A DNA stretch of 59,286 bases, taken from NCBI GenBank assembly GCA_032718475.1, contig JAUCBJ010004794.1:1-59286 (forward strand), given 5' to 3'. The notes under the pieces were generated by a model. The model worked only from the letters and a program-made list of their open reading frames with translations. It did no database searches and was not told the DNA's origin. The translations under genes were made by a program, and so were the position numbers. The DNA comes from Nemertoderma westbladi (lineage: Eukaryota > Animalia > Xenacoelomorpha). Positions 46,310 to 58,985 of this stretch are shown here, in pieces; the stretch's first letter is position 1, and each line of letters opens with the position of its first letter.

Positions 46310-49300
46310 TTTCCAAACCTTTACAGGGTCCGATGGATAACCTCGAGCTTTCAACTTTTTCAATATATCAACTTTTTTAAAATCTTCCACCCGAATCTCC
46401 CCTGTTATTTTCTCCAAGACGAACTTTGCCTGAGCAGACAGTTTATTGGCCTCAGCTTCTAGAAACCCTTCAAGATATTCTTTCCTCTTGCGGTAAAAAT
46501 CAAAACGAACATGGTAAAACTCCTTTAAGATATCGATAGTTGAAGAATATCGATTAATGATTCCGTTATGGTCATAGAGAACCATCGAGTTGTGACTAAA
46601 CGTTGTAGTTAGTTTAAAGTATTTGTATAACTGTCCGGATTCTTCTAGCTCTTGAAGTTGGTTGGATTTAGTCATATTGACGAGGAAGCGAACCGTTGTA
46701 TCCGTATGATACTCTTTATACTCAGAAACTGTTGCAGGCACCTTCTCAGTACCGTTATAAAGCGGTTCCAAATTATTCTCTTTGTATGATTGTGTCCAGG
46801 AGCATAGAGGAAGTTCAGATATCTCTAATGTGTTTGACTTAACTAGGATGGACGATGGTAAAGCGTCCATCCTAGTTAAGTCAAACACATTAGAGATATC
46901 TGAACTTCCACTACCACAAATCGATTGGGTTGGAACTCCTCTATGACACCCTGGAAGTTGCGGTAACTTGGCATCATTGGTTGGGGTTCCTCATCGTTCA
47001 ACATCCGACGGATATTATCAACCACGTCTCGAACATCGTGGTTGAGGATCTTTGTCGACCAACCTGTACCGATTCCATCGCTTCCATTCACTAGAACCAA
47101 GGGGATTATCGGGCAATACCAAATGGGTTCTATCTTTAAGTTATCGTCCTTCAAGTAGGCCAACAAGGGGTCGTCTTTCAAAGAGAATAAATGACGAGCC
47201 AACGGACTCAGTTGGGTGAAGATGTAACGAGGTGAAGCAGCGTCTTTACCTCCTTGAAGACGAGTACCAAATTGACCATGGGGCTGCAGGAGGTTTATAT
47301 TATTGGAACCAATAAAGTCCTGAGCTAGAGAAATAATCGTTGACATGAGACTCATTTCGCCATGGTGATAGGCGGATAACTCAGCTACACTACCAGCCAA
47401 TTGAGCTACTTTGATTTCTTTCTTATCAAGACCACGCTTTAAACATGCGAATATAACTTTGCGTTGCCCCGGCTTCAATCCATCCATAACGTTTGGGATC
47501 GATCTTTCGCAATCCGCATTTGAGAAAAGTATTAATTCCTTGTCAATAAACTCCTTGTAACTAACGCTACGTGTGTTAGCGTGGTAGAGGTAAATATCTG
47601 GTAGTCCTTGGAGTCGACGTTCATTGCGTTCAGTATGGAAGTCGGTGAGCCAACCTTTACGATCATCAGCTCGCTCCTTGGCGAACGCTAATCGAATCGC
47701 TTCATCGTCCTCATCTCCATGGTAAACAAAACTTACACGATGGCAAGCCATATCGGTAAAATATTCTTTGGCTTCTTTCATCGTCGATGTACCCAAACCT
47801 TTGTAATATTTAACTTTATAAGACGAAGCATTTGGGGTCGCCTCTCTCCATTCATCAAACTCTGGGATACTGTACAATGATTTTACTTCACTGCCTTTAG
47901 ATACTTTCACTATCGGTGTAATAAACTGTTGGATAAACTTAGAACGAACTAATTCCGGCCAATGATAATGAATGAAGTTAATAATGAGTCCCTTAATATG
48001 GGATCCGTCTGTGTCCTGATCCGTCATTATCATCAACTTTCCGTATCTCAGAGACTTTAATTCCGACTCATCACGATACTTGAAGGGGAACTTTAAGCCG
48101 AGAATCTTCACCAGATCTTGAATTTCCTTATTGGCAGATATTGCGGATGTGGCTGCATCACGGACATTGAGAACTTTGCCACGGAGCGGATAAACTCCAT
48201 ATAAATCACGTCCAATAACCCCCAACCCACTAACTGCCAAGGCTTTGGCCGAATCTCCTTCAGTTAATATTAATGAGCAATCTCGACTGTTTTTACCCCC
48301 GGCTTCATTGGCGTCATCTAACTTCGCTATTCCTTTTAGTTTTGTTTTCTTGGTTCCCGATTTCTTATTTAATACCGCTGCTTCTTTAAGATTCATCCAA
48401 TTAACTACTCTCTCAACGATTCCCATCTGTGACACTTTCTTTAGGAATTTATCAGATAAATTCACTTGGGAACCGAATTTCTTGGCAACTAAAGTCATAT
48501 TTTCCTTAGTCTGAGAATCGAATGTGGGATTTTCAATTAGGCAATTCACAAAAATCCACAAATGACTTTTAACTTGAAATGGTTTAACTTGGCTGTTCTT
48601 CTTTTGTTTTTTAACTGCAACAATAATTTTCTCAGTAAGTTTTTCCACAACATAATCAATGTGCCGACCACCACTCGTTGTTGCTATGGAATTAACAAAG
48701 CTAACCTGTTGGAAACCTTTTTCACTGAATGTCAGTGCTATCTCCCATCTTTCGTTTATTTTTTCATAAACAAGAGGAATTTCTTCACCATCTTCATCCT
48801 GATGAACTGCTTTAATGTACAGCTCCACATACTCCTTAAAGTTCTTCACAGGTATTCGTTCTCCATTGAAAGTAACGTTCACTTTACCCTGAGTAGTAGC
48901 AGCAACATCGCAGGCACGTCGACGAACCATTCCAACAAAATCATCCTCGAGCCGTGATAAATGAAACTTTTCTAAATCCGGGTAGAAGGTAACACTTGTA
49001 AAATTATCCCTTCCGGATTTCACAACAGGATCTTTTGTTTGAGTCATATTATCTTTCCATTCTTGTTTAAATATCTTCGCACCATCTTCTTCTTTATTTC
49101 CCGTCTCCAAGATAAAACGTTTAGAGAAAATGTTACATAATTTAGCTCCGTAACCGTTTCTTCCACCAGTTACCTTCTTCTGGTCGTCATCAAAGTTGCT
49201 GGAGGTCAGCAAATGACCGAAAATCATGGTGGGAACATACATTTTCTCGGTTTTGTGTATCTGTATAGGAATTCCCCTGCCATTGTTCCAAACACTGATT

Positions 49301-49560
49301 AAATTGTTTTCAGGTTCTATGACCACCTTTATATGACTCATGTTGGAATCTCGAACCTTATTATCAGCAGCATTTACAAGAATCTCATCAAATATTTTGT
49401 ACAAACCGGGGACAAAAGAAACTTCTTTAAGACGCAGTTTTCCGCCATCATGAATCCACATTGGCTGAGTTACCGTTTCTACAGAACCAATATAAGTATC
49501 AGGTCTCAGCAATATATGCTCAAGTTGGGTCTTCTTCTGATAAATTCTCTCGATAGACAT
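46310..49560 (-). CDS. TOP2-derived copy 2: intact 894-aa ORF (46876..49560) plus C-terminal ORF truncated at PVKVWK
   Basis: Offset 3491 bp from copy 1; same new ATG and hairpin. Confidence 0.7.
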
Positions 49561-49799
49561 ATTTTTTGTGTCCAGGTTTCAGGCAGTCAAATTTCTATTA
49601 TGATAATATGGACAACATGTAATATATTAAACTGATAATTAAAAAAGAAACCTCTCTCTCCTTAGAGTGGTGTGGAGTGATCTAGGAAAATACCTCGACA
49701 TAGTTTGAGCTAATAATACCACCCCACTGCCAGTACCGGTGTAGCAGAGAATACCCCCCCCCCCCCCCCCCAGTTAGAATTCACCCCACGGTTAAAAAT

Positions 49800-52700
49800 T
49801 TTCCAAACCTTTACAGGGTCCGATGGATAACCTCGAGCTTTCAACTTTTTCAATATATCAACTTTTTTAAAATCTTTCACCCGAATCTCCCCTGTTATTT
49901 TCTCCAAGACGAACTTTGCCTGAGCAGACAGTTTATTGGCCTCAGCTTCTAGAAACCCTTCAAGATATTCTTTCCTCTTGCGGTAAAAATCAAAACGAAC
50001 ATGGTAAAACTCCTTTAAGATATCGATAGTTGAAGAATATCGATTAATGATTCCGTTATGGTCATAGAGAACCATCGAGTTGTGACTAAACGTTGTAGTT
50101 AGTTTAAAGTATTTGTATAACTGTCCGGATTCTTCTAGCTCTTGAAGTTGGTTGGATTTAGTCATATTGACGAGGAAGCGAACCGTTGTATCCGTATGAT
50201 ACTCTTTATACTCAGAAACTGTTGCAGGCACCTTCTCAGTACCGTTATAAAGCGGTTCCAAATTATTCTCTTTGTATGATTGTGTCCAGGAGCATAGAGG
50301 AAGTTCAGATATCTCTAATGTGTTTGACTTAACTAGGATGGACGATGGTAAAGCGTCCATCCTAGTTAAGTCAAACACATTAGAGATATCTGAACTTCCA
50401 CTACCACAAATCGATTGGGTTGGAACTCCTCTATGACACCCTGGAAGTTGCGGTAACTTGGCATCATTGGTTGGGGTTCCTCATCGTTCAACATCCGACG
50501 GATATTATCAACCACGTCTCGAACATCGTGGTTGAGGATCTTTGTCGACCAACCTGTACCGATTCCATCGCTTCCATTCACTAGAACCAAGGGGATTATC
50601 GGGCAATACCAAATGGGTTCTATCTTTAAGTTATCGTCCTTCAAGTAGGCCAACAAGGGGTCGTCTTTCAAAGAGAATAAATGACGAGCCAACGGACTCA
50701 GTTGGGTGAAGATGTAACGAGGTGAAGCAGCGTCTTTACCTCCTTGAAGACGAGTACCAAATTGACCATGGGGCTGCAGGAGGTTTATATTATTGGAACC
50801 AATAAAGTCCTGAGCTAGAGAAATAATCGTTGACATGAGACTCATTTCGCCATGGTGATAGGCGGATAACTCAGCTACACTACCAGCCAATTGAGCTACT
50901 TTGATTTCTTTCTTATCAAGACCACGCTTTAAACATGCGAATATAACTTTGCGTTGCCCCGGCTTCAATCCATCCATAACGTTTGGGATCGATCTTTCGC
51001 AATCCGCATTTGAGAAAAGTATTAATTCCTTGTCAATAAACTCCTTGTAACTAACGCTATGTGTGTTAGCGTGGTAGAGGTAAATATCTGGTAGTCCTTG
51101 GAGTCGACGTTCATTGCGTTCAGTATGGAAGTCGGTGAGCCAACCTTTACGATCATCAGCTCGCTCCTTGGCGAACGCTAATCGAATCGCTTCATCGTCC
51201 TCATCTCCATGGTAAACAAAACTTACACGATGGCGAGCCATATCGGTAAAATATTCTTTGGCTTCTTTCATCGTCGATGTACCCAAACCTTTGTAATATT
51301 TAACTTTATAAGACGAAGCATTTGGGGTCGCCTCTCTCCATTCATCAAACTCTGGGATACTGTACAATGATTTTACTTCACTGCCTTTAGATACTTTCAC
51401 TATCGGTGTAATAAACTGTTGGATAAACTTAGAACGAACTAATTCCGGCCAATGATAATGAATGAAGTTAATAATGAGTCCCTTAATATGGGATCCGTCT
51501 GTGTCCTGATCCGTCATTATCATCAACTTTCCGTATCTCAGAGACTTTAATTCCGACTCATCACGATACTTGAAGGGGAACTTTAAGCCGAGAATCTTCA
51601 CCAGATCTTGAATTTCCTTATTGGCAGATATTGCAGATGTGGCTGCATCACGGACATTGAGAACTTTGCCACGGAGCGGATAAACTCCATATAAATCACG
51701 TCCAATAACCCCCAACCCACTAACTGCCAAGGCTTTGTTTGGCCGAATCTCCTTCAGTTAATATTAATGTGCAATCTCGACTGTTTTTACCCCCGGCTTC
51801 ATTGGCGTCATCTAACTTCGCTATTCCTTTTAGTTTTGTTTTCTTGGTTCCCGATTTCTTATTTAATACCGCTGCTTCTTTAAGATTCATCCAATTAACT
51901 ACTCTCTCAACGATTCCCATCTGTGACACTTTCTTTAGGAATTTATCAGATAAATTCACTTGGGAACCGAATTTCTTGGCAACTAAAGTCATATTTTCCT
52001 TAGTCTGAGAATCGAATGTGGGATTTTCAATTAGGCAATTCACAAAAATCCACAAATGACTTTTAACTTGAAATGGTTTAACTTGGCTGTTCTTCTTTTG
52101 TTTTTTAACTGCAACAATAATTTTCTCAGTAAGTTTTTCCACAACATAATCAATGTGCCGACCACCACTCGTTGTTGCTATGGAATTAACAAAGCTAACC
52201 TGTTGGAAACCTTTTTCACTGAATGTCAGTGCTATCTCCCATCTTTCGTTTATTTTTTCATAAACAAGAGGAATTTCTTCACCATCTTCATCCTGATGAA
52301 CTGCTTTAATGTACAGCTCCACATACTCCTTAAAGTTCTTCACAGGTATTCGTTCTCCATTGAAAGTAACGTTCACTTTACCCTGAGTAGTAGCAGCAAC
52401 ATCGTAGGCACGTCGACGAACCATTCCAACAAACCGAGCCGTGATAAATGAAACTTTTCTAAATCCGGGTAGAAGGTAACACTTGTAAAATTATCCCTTC
52501 CGGATTTCACAACAGGATCTTTTGTTTGAGTCATATTATCTTTCCATTCTTGTTTAAATATCTTCGCACCATCTTCTTCTTTATTTCCCGTCTCCAAGAT
52601 AAAACGTTTAGAGAAAATGTTACATAATTTAGCTCCGTAACCGTTTCTTCCACCAGTTACCTTCTTCTGGTCGTCATCAAAGTTGCTGGAGGTCAGCAAA

Positions 52701-53047
52701 TGACCGAAAATCATGGTGGGAACATACATTTTCTCGGTTTTGTGTATCTGTATAGGAATTCCCCTGCCATTGTTCCAAACACTGATTAAATTGTTTTCAG
52801 GTTCTATGACCACCTTTATATGACTCATGTTGGAATCTCGAACCTTATTATCAGCAGCATTTACAAGAATCTCATCAAATATTTTGTACAAACCGGGGAC
52901 AAAAGAAACTTCTTTAAGACGCAGTTTTCCGCCATCATGAATCCACATTGGCTGAGTTACCGTTTCTACAGAACCAATATAAGTATCAGGTCTCAGCAAT
53001 ATATGCTCAAGTTGGGTCTTCTTCTGATAAATTCTCTCGATAGACAT
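49800..53047 (-). pseudogene. TOP2-derived copy 3 with two frameshifts
   Basis: 4-bp insertion near 51737 and net 7-bp deletion near 52433; same ATG junction and hairpin. Confidence 0.9.
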
Positions 53048-53289
53048 ATTTTTTGTGTCCAGGTTTCAGGCAGTCAAATTTCTATTATGATAATATGGAC
53101 AACATGTAATATATTAAACTGATAATTAAAAAAGAAACCTCTCTCTCCTTAGAGTGGTGTGGAGTGATCTAGGAAAATACCTCGACATAGTTTGAGCTAA
53201 TAATACCACCCCACTGCCAGTACCGGTGTAGCAGAGAATACCCCCCCCCCCCCCCCCCCCCAGTTAGAATTCACCCCACGGTTAAAATT

Positions 53290-53718
53290 TTTCCAAACCT
53301 TTACAGGGTCCGATGGATAACCTCGAGCTTTCAACTTTTTCAATATATCAACTTTTTCAAAATCTTCCACCCGAATCTCCCCTGTTATTTTCTCCAAGAC
53401 GAACTTTGCCTGAGCAGACAGTTTATTGGCCTCAGCTTCTAGAAACCCTTCAAGATATTCTTTCCTCTTGCGGTAAAAATCAAAACGAACATGGTAAAAC
53501 TCCTTTAAGATATCGATAGTTGAAGAATATCGATTAATGATTCCGTTATGGTCATAGAGAACCATCGAGTTGTGACTAAACGTTGTAGTTAGTTTAAAGT
53601 ATTTGTATAACTGTCCGGATTCTTCTAGCTCTTGAAGTTGGTTGGATTTAGTCATATTGACGAGGAAGCGAACCGTTGTATCCGTATGATACTCTTTATA
53701 CTCAGAAACTGTTGCAGG
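53290..53718 (-). pseudogene. TOP2-derived copy 4, partial (3' end of the unit only)
   Basis: Identity to TOP2 stops abruptly at ~53718 (PATVSEY region). Confidence 0.9.
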
Positions 53719-54114
53719 TCAGGTGCAATGTCAGGTTTGCCAACTGCAGCTACTGCTAAGGCTAACTACAGTACAAGCTACGATTTCGTCTAAGCCTATG
53801 GCAGTATGGGAGCCCTATCAGAAAGAAATACTGCAGGTTGATGCTACCACCATCTCTTCTAATTTTTCCATACAACAGGAAGGGTATTTTAAAACGGCTG
53901 GATAATGAAAGGGAATTAACTGATTAACGTGTTGGGGTCTCCACATAATAAAACATGAACCAATTGAGGGAAAGGAACAGGTTACAGAGGCAGGCTTTTC
54001 TAACTAAAACAATAAACGGCCACTTTTGACTTTACCAATTGAAGGAGCCCTATCACCACATACAGACATAGGGCATGTGCTTATACATACAGAAGCCCTC
54101 GGGCTTTTCTAACC

Positions 54115-54525
54115 AACTACTACTACTACAGTACTACAATCGGCATGCTGCATTGCAGCTGCATTATATATATAGGCCCTATTAAGAATGCTGTGTCGGC
54201 TTGTTGACAAAATTGCGCCTCCACAACTCCCTTACAGCCTTATCACCCATGACATTTGTTAGATCATCCGCATCTTCAAGGCCAGTGTCCTTTAAGACAG
54301 TAAGAAAGATGCGTCGCAAGAAAGTCATGGGCTGTCCACCACATGCTTATTCACTCCATGAGGTGCACTGGTTGGTCCTCACAGCGAAAGCAATGTCCTG
54401 CAAAGCGGAGGCGGCTTTGTTCTAGTGTCAAGCTTGGGGAACCAATTACTGAATGAGACACCTCCAACTCCAATGTTATATAGCGTCTGGTTGGAGATGT
54501 GTGCATTGTACTTGACACAGTGAAT
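54115..54525 (-). mobile_element. RTE-like LINE 3' fragment (second copy at ~56055-56476)
   Basis: SRLRFAGHCFRCEDQPVHL and a (gta)n tail; same family as 27409-27902. Confidence 0.8.
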
Positions 54526-54928
54526 CTAATCAAAACAATTAGTCAATAAACATTAACTCAATAACATAATGGGTTACAGTTTACAGTAGTCTTATTTTTG
54601 CCTTACGAAAATACCACAGGTATGGGTATGAATGAACTATACAGCTATAACTCAACTACCGCGGTACGGTATACACCGCTAAGGCAGTAAGGCTACCGCA
54701 AAGTCATACCACTACCGCAAAAAGTAACTACTGATGTCTGACTGTATGTATGCGATCCCTGCTTATACATACTTAGAATAATTAATTTGATCACTAAAAT
54801 AACGTTGCATTGTAATTATGTAATATGCATGGTATATGTACTGACTGACTGATGCGGGATGCAGTTTTGATTTAAATACCGATATATACAGTATAGCAGT
54901 ATGGGTACGGTACACTTGGAGTTGTACT

Positions 54929-55320
54929 AAAGTCCAATATTGGACTTCAGAGTCCAAAATTGGACTTGAAGTCTAAAATTGGACTTGAAGTCCAATTTTT
55001 GACTTCTCATCGACTGGTCGGTGAGAAGTCAAAAATTGGACTTGAGTCCAAAATTGGACTTGAGTCCAAAATTGGACTTCGACTCCAGTTCAAATCCAAA
55101 ATTGGACTTCTGTGAGTCCAATATTGGACTTCAAATCAGCCAAATGTTCCAGGGCCTTGGGTAATTGGATCGGGCGAGATTTTTTTTCTTTAATCGAAAA
55201 TATATCAAAAAATAAGAGTTTTGAACAGGGGGACCTGAAATTCACCAGGGGGAACTTTTTTTATAAGGCTTTGAATTTTTACAAAAGTCCAATATTGGAC
55301 TTTAAGTCCAATTTTGGACG
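54929..55320. repeat. Array of palindromic AAGTCCAAAATTGGACTT units
   Basis: Repeated self-complementary ~19-bp units in both orientations; a partial array is also at 56897-56953. Confidence 0.85.
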
Positions 55321-57879
55321 TGACATTGAGAATCGAACTTAAAGGTACATGAAGCATGACAGATGAGAGACAGCCAGACAGCTGTTAAGTTATGGAAAGT
55401 TACCTTTGCAGCTCTGTATGTATCTGCAGTGTAATGACTGTAGTGTACTTAGAATATAATGGTACATTCTAGCATTCTAGGTACTTTGTACTTTACTTTT
55501 AGCATATTGTTTAGTTTACAATTTACATTCATGTTATGTCTAAAGTCTAACCTTACAGCCTTATGTACCCAGGACTTTATAGTGTCTTTAGGACTAGATT
55601 ATATTATGCTCCAAGGCCTCCAACAAATATTTAATTACAAATTATATTTGGCTGTTTGGTGGATACTGGTAGCAATGCCAGGTTAGCCAACTGCAGCTGC
55701 TGCTAAGGCTAACTACAGTACAAGCTACGATTTCGTCTAAGGCTATGGGAGCCCTATCAGAAAGAAATACTACAATAAGTTGATGCTACCACCATCTCTT
55801 CTAATTTTTCCATACAACAGGGAGGCTATTATAAAACGGCTGGATAACAGGATAATGAAATGGGATTAGTAACTGATTAACGTGTTGGTGTTGGGCTCTC
55901 CACATAATAAGTACAGAAGTAACAAGTAACACACGTCATAATCATAAACCAAATGAGGGAAAGGAACAGGTTACAGAGGCAGGCTTTTCTAACTAACACA
56001 ATAAACGCCCACTTTTGACTTTACCAATTGAAGGAGCCCTATAACCTCACCACATACTACTACTACAATCGGCATGATTCATTGCAGCTGCATTATGTAT
56101 ATAGGCCCTATAATGTATTAAGAATGCTGTGCCGGCTTGTTGACAAAAGTGCGCCTCCACAACTCCCTTACACTCTTACAGCCTTATCACCCATGACATT
56201 TGCTAGATCATCCGCATCTTCAAGGCCAGTGTCCTTTAAGACAGTAAGAAAGATGCGTCTCAAGAAAGTCATGGGCTGACCACCATGCTTATTCACTCCA
56301 TGAGGTGCACTGGCTGGTCCTCACGGCTTAAAGCGATGTCCTGCAAAGCGGAGGCGGCTTTGTTCGAGTGTCAAGCTTGGGGGAACCAATGACTGAATGA
56401 GACACCTCCAACTCCAATGTTATATAGTGTATGGTTGGAGATGCAGAGATGTGTGCATTGTACTTGACACAGTGAACCTAATCAAAACAATTAGTCAATA
56501 AACATTAACTCAATAACACAATAGGTTACAGTTTACAGTAGTCTTATTTTTGCCATACGAAAATACCACAGGTATGGCAGTATGGGTCTGTGGGTATGAA
56601 TGAACTATACAGCTATAACTCAACTACGCTACCGCGGTATACACCGCTAAGGCAGTAAGGCTACCGCAAAGTGCAAAGCTATACCCAATACCACTACCGC
56701 AAAAAGTAACTACTGATGTCTGACTGTACGTGTGCGATCCCTGTTTATAACAGTATAATACATATAATAATTAATTTGATCATTAAAATAATGTTGCATT
56801 GTAATTATGTAATATATATGTACTGATACGGGATGCCGTTTTGATTTAAATACCGATATACAGTATGGCAGTATGGGTACACTTGGAGTTGTACTAAAGT
56901 CCAAAATTGGACTTGAAGTCTAAAATTGGACTTGAAGTCCAATTTTTGACTTCTCACCGACTGACGGTGCTGGGAGGCGAGGTTATAAGAGACTTTATAT
57001 AAGGACATTTAATTTAATATATGCAGATATGAGAAATGAGGCCAGTATTGGTTGACAGAAGGAGATATGCAATGCGTATCCCATTGCACCTCATAATAGC
57101 CTCTCCGTCAACAAGTCAACCCCATCGACTAGCGGCACTGGCTGTTTCAGCTGATGGGGCTCTGTCGAAAAACGCGTCCCTGATGCAGCAAGGGCCAGGG
57201 CTGGCAAAGGGCCCCTTACTAAGGGCCCTCTTTTGAGGAGCAATATTATTATTGTCGCGGAACTGCTTCTACTCTCTGTGAGAAATGAGAAATATTTAAT
57301 TTCTTTAAGGATCAGGATTCAGGAGTATGCAGATTTTGGAATGAAATTGTATACCTAAATAAGAAACCCATGTCAAAAAGTTCTTATTTAAGGACTTTTA
57401 GTATTTATGTGTACAATTTCGATGTCTTAAATAAGGTAAATTTAAAAAATCCCTCTTATTTAGGAACTGGTCGTACTTTTGATGCAATTTTAAAACGCTT
57501 GTAGAAAAAAAACCGGACGGTGAAATGTTTTCTGGTTTTTTGCATTATGTTCAAGAAAGAACCAACTTTTATATTGTGAAATAAAATTATGCGGTATTTT
57601 TTACTGAAACAAGTTCTTGCATATTATGTCGAAAAAATATCCAAAAATGGCCCAAAAACCCCTAAATAAGAGCCATTTTCCTTAAATAAGAACCCACTTT
57701 TGGAGCTTATTTAAGGGTATGTTCCCTACTGCCAGGCTGCAAATGAAGTGCAAAAATCGCAACGCGTTGTGCGCATATTTGAATTAGTGCGCGGTAAAAG
57801 CGCGCAGAATTGAAATAAAAGTGCACGAAATTATGTGAAAGACAACAAAAGTGCGACAGGCGCAGGCGCAGAAAATTGA

Positions 57880-58985
57880 GGGTCCTACTAAATACTACAA
57901 AAAGCACAAAACAAGCACAAAAAAGCACAAAAAAGTCAAGAAAAGCACAAAAAAGCACAAAAAAAGCACAAAAAAGCACAAAAAAGTAAAAAAAAAGCAC
58001 AAAAAAAGTAAAAAAAAAGCACAAAAAAACATTCTCACATCAAGAGAGATGGGGGGGGGGGGGGGGGGGGGCGAAAATATGAGAGATATTGTTACAGACA
58101 CCCCCTTCCCCCCCTGACATATAAGATAAGTACGCATGAACTCCTAAACAACATTGCAAACAATCTGGCAGTTATAGAAATTTCAAAGTATACAGTAGTG
58201 TTACAACAGCAGTGGTTAAACCCAGGCAGGAACTGTGTTTCCAACAGACGCAGATATCGTAACCAAGGCAGTTCCGACCTAAGCGAGATTCTTGCAAGTA
58301 TGACTATGACTAATATCATCATACTTGTCCTCAGACGTTATCGATCGCCCACTCGAGAGGTTCGGGCAGACCGTGATGTGATATAATTGTACAGTATGTC
58401 GATTTATCGGTGAATAAAGGCATTCCAATAATAGAATAATCGCGATTTCGGTCAACACTGACATATCCAGTTTACAAGCGCCTATGCTGCGTCGCTACAT
58501 CATTACAAGTAATTAACCAGAACGCTGATAAGTTGACATAATGTGACAAGACAATAACAAAGTCTACTATACAGTATTATAAGTTCTATCCTGATATTTG
58601 AATTGAACCATCTTTACATACTGACATTAGCCTGATATTGCACTAGGGTGCTCGTGGTAGGGCTGTACCTGTAAGTGCTCGTGCTGGTACTCACTCACTG
58701 GCAGCTATATGACATGAAAGCATACTGGACATGTGATTATCCTTCCGGTAGCCTAGACACTACTGCACTACATGATATTGCTTCTATCATCTGTTCTATC
58801 TGTCTATTACAAGCTCAATAAACATCTATCAGTTTGCTTTTTTGTGCTTTTTTTTTACTTTTTTGTGCTTTTTTTTACCTTTTTTGTGCTTTTTTGTGCT
58901 TTTTTTGTGCTTTTTTGTGCTTTTCTTGACTTTTTTGTGCTTTTTTGTGCTTGTTTTGTGCTTTTTGTAGTATTTAGTAGGACCC
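57880..58985. mobile_element. MULE-like foldback element with ~150-bp AAAAAGCAC-rich TIRs, 9-bp TSD GAAAATTGA
   Basis: gggtcctactaaatactacaaaaagcac / gtgctttttgtagtatttagtaggaccc; TSD at 57871-57879 and 58986-58994. Confidence 0.9.

Larger units (their letters stand above)
53735..56965. repeat. Diverged ~1.27-kb direct duplication (about 53735-55015 and 55680-56965)
   Basis: Both begin ggtt.gccaactgcagct.ctgctaaggctaactacagtacaagc and share the RTE fragment and downstream sequence, with many indels. Confidence 0.9.

Noticed and set aside
29391-53122. Short antisense ORFs over TOP2 and its copies
   Set aside because: Shadow frames of the real coding strand, repeated only because the DNA is duplicated.
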